From Patescibacteria group bacterium (GTDB lineage Bacteria > Patescibacteriota > Patescibacteriia > Buchananbacterales > UBA6539): 64,000 nucleotides of DNA. Below are positions 58,330 to 64,000 of the stretch, one piece after another. The stretch lies in assembly GCA_034003985.1 (NCBI GenBank), contig JAVEXP010000003.1:58643-122642 (forward strand), in the 5' to 3' direction. Under the pieces are notes generated by a model that worked only from the letters and a program-made list of their open reading frames with translations, did no database searches and was not told the origin of the DNA. Numbering within the stretch: position 1 is the first letter of the stretch; every line of letters begins with the position of its first letter. The position numbers were made by a program, and so were the translations under genes.

Positions 58330-60162
58330 TTACTTTTTTTCACCCTCTTTACCACGGCGATCCTTGTCGCCTCCCCGTTGCTCGCCCTTGCCGCGATCTC
58401 CTCGGTCGCCCTTGCCACCACCACGGTCATCCCGCGGTTTAGTGCTGCGATCACCGGACTGCGGACGAGGACGGTCGGTGCGGGGACGCTGCTGGCCTTC
58501 GGCGCGTGGTGGAGTTGGATCACTCAATCCAGCCAATCCTCGGTAAGTTGCCATCAGACTGACAAGGTCAGTCTGGGCACCACCCGGAGTGGTCACCACC
58601 GTCAGGTTGCCAGTCTTACTGGCAATAGTCCCGGCCGCGTCAACTGCCAAGATTTCATGCCCGCCAGGCGAATTGATTGCCTTGGCGCGCTCGCTGATTG
58701 AGTACGCCTGCGCGTCAGCGAGAATCATTGTCGCCTTGGCGTCGCCAGTGGCTTCGTTGGCCTTGGCCGCGGCTTTGGCCAAAGCGGCCTTGGCATCCTG
58801 CACTGACCGGGCCAGCGATGTATTGCTGGGTTCCAGATCCGTAACCTGGGCATCGTAGAGAAGAAAACCGAATTTCTCCATGATTACCGCGGCCGGTGAT
58901 TCCGCCGGAAACGAATCGACCAGAACAATGTTTCGGCCTTGCATTTCCAAGCGGGGACGAATCGGCCGGGTATCCTGATCGTGGTTGACCGTCGGACTGT
59001 ACCCGTCAAACGGCGGAGCCACCAACTTCAGCTTCCAGGCCAAAACGCGATGGGCCTGAAGCTGGATAATCGGATTGAGTTCCAAAGCCCCGAACTCGTT
59101 CTTGGCCTTCTTCTTACTCCTGGCCTTGGCCGAGTCGGCGGCATTAGCCCCAGCTTCGCTGCCAGCATCCTCTTCCGCTTCGTCGGTCTCGTCGACATCC
59201 CGTTTGGCAAAATAGCGCAACGATGCGACCACCTGGCGCCAGCGCGCCAAAATGATGTTGCGCGTCGCTTCAATCGGGAAGTCGGCGCCAAACACTGCCA
59301 GATAAGGATCCCAAACCACCGCTCGGAGGAACAAGTCCGCCGAAATGTCGATTGGGTCAGCGGTGCCCGAATCAGGCACTACGCCGCCGGCTTTGATTTC
59401 GCGCAGCCAGTTCCAGGTGCGCTCGGTGAGGTCGAGGTAACGAACCGGCTGCTTACTGGCACTTTGGACATCGCTGTCCTTTTCATACCAAGGCGGTGCC
59501 ATCTTGTAGCGCCACGGCCAAACCGTAACGCCAAGAAAGTATAGGCCCTTACCCGGAGGTAACAGCACATACCGATCCTTGGTTTGCATCTGGGCGTTGC
59601 GAAGCCTTACCAACAGCTGGTAATGCTTGCGTTTTTCCGGGTCGCTGGTATTGATAATGATCTTCCAGATACCCTTGTCGCCCATGATAAAAGCGGCACG
59701 GTTTTCCGGGACCATCACCCACCACCAGCCCAGTTCGCCCATCGGCCGCAGCATCGGCTGGCTGCTGAAAAACACCAACAGTCCGCCGACCAAGCCAAAG
59801 CCAATCAAAGCGAGCGGGCCAAATGGGTAGTCAAACGACGAGACACCCACCAAACCCAAAACGATGAGGAAAAGACCGCCGAAGACAAAGGCAAAGTACT
59901 GCCAAAAGTCTCGGCGATAGCCGTCCAACTCGTGCCAGATTTCTTCCTCGCCAGGGTTGACCTTGCGCGAAAGACTCTTGCGCTCCACCGACCAGGCGCC
60001 AGTCAGAATGCCGGCAATGCAGATGCCGCCAGCCAGCGCCAGGCTGCCAAACGGCTGCGGGGTGAACAAAAACAACGCCACCGCAATAATCAGGGTTGCC
60101 ACCAGTTTGGCAACCAGGTTGCCGCTCTTGCTAGCAACCTTCTCATCAGACTTATTAGCCAT
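58330..60162 (-). CDS. Divergent SPFH/band-7 domain protein with four N-terminal TMs
   Basis: SD AAGGAGG; VMVPEN.A..., PG.GLYF, LDL.E, TAD...I..D......V.DPY.A.F, FG......V.DL.P; Ala-rich coiled coil; Gly/Arg/Lys tail; promoter TTGACA-17-TATGAT at 60317-60289. Confidence 0.72.
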   Translation of the reverse strand: MANKSDEKVASKSGNLVAKLVATLIIAVALFLFTPQPFGSLALAGGICIAGILTGAWSVERKSLSRKVNPGEEEIWHELDGYRRDFWQYFAFVFGGLFLIVLGLVGVSSFDYPFGPLALIGFGLVGGLLVFFSSQPMLRPMGELGWWWVMVPENRAAFIMGDKGIWKIIINTSDPEKRKHYQLLVRLRNAQMQTKDRYVLLPPGKGLYFLGVTVWPWRYKMAPPWYEKDSDVQSASKQPVRYLDLTERTWNWLREIKAGGVVPDSGTADPIDISADLFLRAVVWDPYLAVFGADFPIEATRNIILARWRQVVASLRYFAKRDVDETDEAEEDAGSEAGANAADSAKARSKKKAKNEFGALELNPIIQLQAHRVLAWKLKLVAPPFDGYSPTVNHDQDTRPIRPRLEMQGRNIVLVDSFPAESPAAVIMEKFGFLLYDAQVTDLEPSNTSLARSVQDAKAALAKAAAKANEATGDAKATMILADAQAYSISERAKAINSPGGHEILAVDAAGTIASKTGNLTVVTTPGGAQTDLVSLMATYRGLAGLSDPTPPRAEGQQRPRTDRPRPQSGDRSTKPRDDRGGGKGDRGDRGKGEQRGGDKDRRGKEGEKK

Positions 60163-60394
60163 GCGAGTTCCTCCTTGCCTGTCAGCAGACAGGCGGGTTG
60201 ATTCAAATCGGTCGAACCGAATTTCCTTCCAGTTAAATTGCCAATGATCTATACAAACACCCATTGAATCACAATGAGGTGATTTTATATCATACCAAAA
60301 TTCTAATATTTTGTCAATAGAAAATCTAAAATTAAATAAAAACAACCCCCTAGCTAAGAGGGAGCAGATATCTGTTAATTAATTTTACACGATA

Positions 60395-60799
60395 TTATGA
60401 ACCGGCCAGCGTGCTGATAACAAAAGATACGATCGCGTAACTCATAAAAATTACCGCCAAGCCAAAAACCGCCCACATAATCATGTCTTTGCCTTTTTTA
60501 ATTTTTTCTTCATTACCCGCCGAAGTCACCCAGGTGAAACCACCTAACACGAAAACCGCCAGTGCCAACGAGCCAACCAAACCAAGCATGGCTCTAATGA
60601 CATTGCCAATAATCACCCGCGGATCAGCGGTTGGCAAAGGATTATCCAAACCGCTGGGACTGCCATACCCAGTTGGACCCAAACCTTCAGCGCCTTCTCC
60701 ATATACTGTTGGATCGCGTCCAGCCAAGACATTGGTTAAAGGAAAAAATGAAAAAACTAACATCAGAACTAGAATTGAAGCAATAAAATATTTATTCAT
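60395..60799 (-). CDS. CPR-type pilin (TrbC/VirB2-like)
   Basis: LDNPL...GN.I...LG..G..A......GG..W.TSAGNEE...K.K....WA..GL. Confidence 0.85.
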   Translation of the reverse strand: MNKYFIASILVLMLVFSFFPLTNVLAGRDPTVYGEGAEGLGPTGYGSPSGLDNPLPTADPRVIIGNVIRAMLGLVGSLALAVFVLGGFTWVTSAGNEEKIKKGKDMIMWAVFGLAVIFMSYAIVSFVISTLAGS

Positions 60800-60816
60800 A
60801 CTATTTTAAGTATAAA

Positions 60817-61620
60817 TTAGTGCCGGCGCAGTGTCAAACCTTTAAACCGGACAAAAATCATGACCAAACTGACAATAATTAGCCCGGTGCTGAAAACAAT
60901 CGGCCAGCGCACGCCAAAAAATAACGGTGTTTGGTCCAGCCGTAAAATCTCCATCAAAATCCGAATAATGGAATAATTAATCAAATAGATAAATAGCAGG
61001 ACGCCGGATTTTAGTTTTAATTTTTGATAGATGAAAAGCAGGATTAAAAAATTAAGCAAATTCAAAATTGATTCATATAAAAAAGTCGGATGAAAATAGT
61101 GATGACTTAAATATTCCAACGGCCGATTGGCCAAATCAATGGGAATACCCCAGGACAAATCAGTTGGCCGGCCAAACAATTCCTGATTAAAATAATTGCC
61201 AAAGCGGCCAATCGCCTGGCCCAAGGGCAAGGCCACAACCAACAAATCAGCCAAAATCCAAAAATTCAAACCCTTGGTCCAACAATAAATAACCAAAGTA
61301 AAAACAGCGCCAATAATCGCTCCGTGAATGGCCAAGCCGCCGTGCCAAACGGCAAAAATTTCAAAAGGATGCGACTGATAAAAACGCAAATCCAAAAAAA
61401 CAGCGTAAATCCTGGCACCCAGCAAACTGGCAAGCAGCAAATAAAAACCAAAATCATAAATTTGATCACGGCTGATTTTCTGGTTTTTTGCCAACTTTAA
61501 AACAACCAACAGACCGGCGATTATTCCCAACACAATAAACAAACCATACCAATGAATTTTTAAAAAACCGAATTGGAATAAAATTGAATTGGGCTGAAAA
61601 TGATGCAAAAAATTTATCAT
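60817..61620 (-). CDS. lgt: Prolipoprotein diacylglyceryl transferase
   Basis: Motifs IHWYG, GAR.Y, W.GGLAIHG, QAIGRFGNYFNQE.FG, HPTFLYES. Confidence 0.95.
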   Translation of the reverse strand: MINFLHHFQPNSILFQFGFLKIHWYGLFIVLGIIAGLLVVLKLAKNQKISRDQIYDFGFYLLLASLLGARIYAVFLDLRFYQSHPFEIFAVWHGGLAIHGAIIGAVFTLVIYCWTKGLNFWILADLLVVALPLGQAIGRFGNYFNQELFGRPTDLSWGIPIDLANRPLEYLSHHYFHPTFLYESILNLLNFLILLFIYQKLKLKSGVLLFIYLINYSIIRILMEILRLDQTPLFFGVRWPIVFSTGLIIVSLVMIFVRFKGLTLRRH

Positions 61621-61720
61621 ATTTTCAGTATAACATGTTTTAAAGATAAAAAAATAAGGGGGAGACCGGAAGTGACTTTTCACTCCGGCTCCCCCGAGAC
61701 TGCTTGGAAATCGCGACGGG

Positions 61721-61906
61721 TTACGCCGCAACCAACTTGCGGGCGCGATGTCCGCATTTCACCTTGCTCGAGGTAAAGCGCCCATCATGAGCCTCGGCCG
61801 CAGCGCGGCGTTGGAGATTGCGGACCTCGGGTTTGGTGGTGGCGGTGGCGGTTTTGGAAATTGTCTTTCCCGACTCGTCGACGATGTTCCAGCGGACTTC
61901 AACCAT
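61721..61906 (-). CDS. Small basic GC-rich orphan protein (61 aa)
   Basis: SD-like GGGAG; GC-rich terminator at about 61650-61695; promoter TTGACA-17-TATGGT at 62105-62077. Confidence 0.6.
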   Translation of the reverse strand: MVEVRWNIVDESGKTISKTATATTKPEVRNLQRRAAAEAHDGRFTSSKVKCGHRARKLVAA

Positions 61907-62155
61907 GATCTTCTCTCCCGTTTTGAACCTGAGTTAATGTAATGACAGAATGATTCAGACGCTCAGCGTTCAAACGGCGGATCGTGCGATTTTGCCGACA
62001 TGGCAACCCTCCTTATGGTTTTGTTTCTCCTGCCAAGGCAGCCCAGTCAGCACTGTGGACTACCTATATAAAATACACCATACCAAAAATTGACCTTAAT
62101 GTCAAGGTTAACTAAAAAACGGCGGCTGATTCCGCCTGTTTTTTAGTTAGAATAA

Positions 62156-64000
62156 TTATTGCTTGCGGCGAAGTTTCTTTTCCTGTTCCAAGACTTCCAA
62201 AGTGGTTTTAACAATCGTATCGGGATTAAGCGACATACTGTCAATCCCCTGACTGACCAAGAACTTGGCCAAATCGGGAAAGTCGGACGGCGCCTGGCCG
62301 CAGATGCCGATTTTGCGTTTGGCCTTTTTGGCAATCTTGATTACTTGAGCCAGCATTTTTTTGACCGCTTCATCGCGCTCATCATAAACATTAGCCACCA
62401 ACGAAGAATCACGGTCAACCCCCAAGACCAGTTGGGTCAAATCATTGGAGCCAATCGAAAAACCGTCAAAAATCTCAGCGAATTTTTCGGCCAAAATCAC
62501 ATTGGAAGGAATTTCACACATCACATAAATTTCCAAACCATCCTCGCCCTGCTTGAGACCGGCTTGATTGATTACCTTAATCACCTTGCGGCCTTCTTCG
62601 ACAGTGCGACAAAATGGCACCATCATTTTAACATTCTTCAAACCAAATACATCCCGGGCTTTTTTGAAGCCCTGACATTCCAGCATAAACGCTTCTTGAT
62701 ATTGCGGCGCGTAATAGCGAGAAGCGCCGCGCCAACCAATCATCGGATTGGATTCGATCGGTTCAAATTCAGTGCCACCGATCAAATTGGCATATTCGTT
62801 TGATTTAAAGTCAGACAAACGGAAAATCACATCCTTGGGATAAAAGGCTGATGCCAACTGACCGATGCCTTCGGCCAACTTGTCAACAAAATACTGACCT
62901 TTGTTTTTGTAACCAACGGTTAGTTTGGCGATTTGTTTTTTGGCGCGCTTGTCTTTCAGTTTGTCAAAATGAAGCAGCGCCAAAGGATGAATCTTAATCT
63001 GATTGGCAATAATAAATTCTTCACGGGCCAAACCGACACCATCGTTGGGAATAAACGAAGACGCAAAAGCGATGTCGGGTTGACCGATATTCATCATAAT
63101 TTTGGTTTTCGGCCGCTTGATCTGGCGAACATTGGTCTTTTTGACTTCAAACGGCAGTAAACCATCATAAACATAGCCGGTTTCACCTTCAGCGCAAGAA
63201 ATGGTCACTTTTTGCCCCGGCTTGATTTTTTTGGTCGCCTCCACCGTGCCGACAATACAAGGAATACCAAGCTCGCGGCTGACAATGGCCGCATGGCAAG
63301 TCCGGCCGCCCTTGTTGGTAATAATCCCGGCGGCAATCTTCATAATCGGCTCCCAGTCGGGATCGGTCATGTCGGTCACCAGAATCTGGCCGGCCACAAA
63401 CCGTTCAATTGCCTTGGGGCTTTTAATAATATTGGCTACGCCGTTGGCAATTTTATTGCCGACCGACGGACCCTGAACAATCACCGTCCCGCGTTTGGCC
63501 AGCTTATATTCTTCTAAAACACTCAAATTCTTAGCGGCGTGAACGGTTTCGGGACGAGCTTGAAGAATGAAAAGTTTTTTGGTTTTACCGTCCTTGGCCC
63601 ACTCAATATCCATCGGCCGCTGATAATGCTTTTCAATCAGCACTCCCCATTCGGCCAATTGCAAAATTTCTTTGTCTGTTAAAACATATTTTTGCTGTTC
63701 AGCTACGGTCGTTCGGACATCCTTGACCGGTTGACGATTGGCGGCTTTGGCATCATAAATCATCTTGATTTTTTTACTGCCAAGTTTTCTGTTAATAATT
63801 GGTTTATAGCCCTGACTTAAAGTTTCTTTAAAAACATAAAACTCGTCGGGGTTAACTTTGCCCTGAACGACATTTTCCCCCAGCCCCCAAGAACCATTGA
63901 TCAGCAGCGCGCCGCGAAAACCACTTTCGGTGTCAATCGTGAACATCACCCCGGAACAAGCCTTGTCGGAACGAACCATCAATTGAACGCCGACGGACAA
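62156..64000 (-). CDS. ppsA: Phosphoenolpyruvate synthase (C-terminal part; N-terminus outside the window)
   Basis: Motifs GLGENVVQG, DIEWA, QARPETV, GGRTCHAAIVSRELG, E.NPMIGWRG, GSNDLTQ, ICGQ. Confidence 0.96.
   Translation of the reverse strand: MSVGVQLMVRSDKACSGVMFTIDTESGFRGALLINGSWGLGENVVQGKVNPDEFYVFKETLSQGYKPIINRKLGSKKIKMIYDAKAANRQPVKDVRTTVAEQQKYVLTDKEILQLAEWGVLIEKHYQRPMDIEWAKDGKTKKLFILQARPETVHAAKNLSVLEEYKLAKRGTVIVQGPSVGNKIANGVANIIKSPKAIERFVAGQILVTDMTDPDWEPIMKIAAGIITNKGGRTCHAAIVSRELGIPCIVGTVEATKKIKPGQKVTISCAEGETGYVYDGLLPFEVKKTNVRQIKRPKTKIMMNIGQPDIAFASSFIPNDGVGLAREEFIIANQIKIHPLALLHFDKLKDKRAKKQIAKLTVGYKNKGQYFVDKLAEGIGQLASAFYPKDVIFRLSDFKSNEYANLIGGTEFEPIESNPMIGWRGASRYYAPQYQEAFMLECQGFKKARDVFGLKNVKMMVPFCRTVEEGRKVIKVINQAGLKQGEDGLEIYVMCEIPSNVILAEKFAEIFDGFSIGSNDLTQLVLGVDRDSSLVANVYDERDEAVKKMLAQVIKIAKKAKRKIGICGQAPSDFPDLAKFLVSQGIDSMSLNPDTIVKTTLEVLEQEKKLRRKQ

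Noticed and set aside
55615-60247. Many long plus-strand and alternative-frame ORFs in GC-rich regions (also 10090-11595)
   Set aside because: Expected from stop-codon scarcity at high GC; promoters, SDs and terminators support only the minus-strand frames.
60163-60345. N-terminal extensions given by the ORF track (SPFH gene; also lgt, der, DUF134, csp)
   Set aside because: They run through promoters, terminators or neighbouring genes; downstream ATGs fit better.
1-64000. Prophage, IS, integron, DGR or retron
   Set aside because: No integrase, transposase, reverse transcriptase or phage structural motifs in any ORF.

Overview
Moderately AT-rich bacterial chromosome segment. By inference it is from Patescibacteria/CPR: it has an alpha2-type GlyRS, a truncated RelA/SpoT, CPR-type pilin and surface proteins, and G55 T-loops in tRNA-fMet and tmRNA. 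The housekeeping backbone includes der, pth, dprA, folC, topA, relA, parAB, glyQS, smpB-ssrA, infC-rpmI-rplT, nrdAB, lgt, ppsA and five tRNAs. There is also a CsoR/CopA copper locus, a MacAB-type ABC system, an MgtA-like P-type ATPase and a WxL/DUF916-like surface operon whose 1279-aa Cys-rich member carries a Hint domain. No integrase, transposase, CRISPR array or reverse transcriptase is visible. Most unusual: (1) the 9.7-12.7 kb interval between topA and relA, packed with small units that each have their own promoter and terminator, including a multi-helix RNA with a micro-ORF and two small RNA candidates with a perfect 15-nt complementarity (alternatively the ends of an invertible segment); (2) a GC-rich surface-protein gene with Hydrogenedentes-like hallmarks, possibly host-derived; (3) several GC-rich orphan cassettes with their own promoter, SD and terminator; (4) a Chlamydia-type class Ic (Mn/Fe) ribonucleotide reductase R2; (5) further unannotated structured RNA candidates. 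All family assignments come from motif recognition by eye, not database searches.
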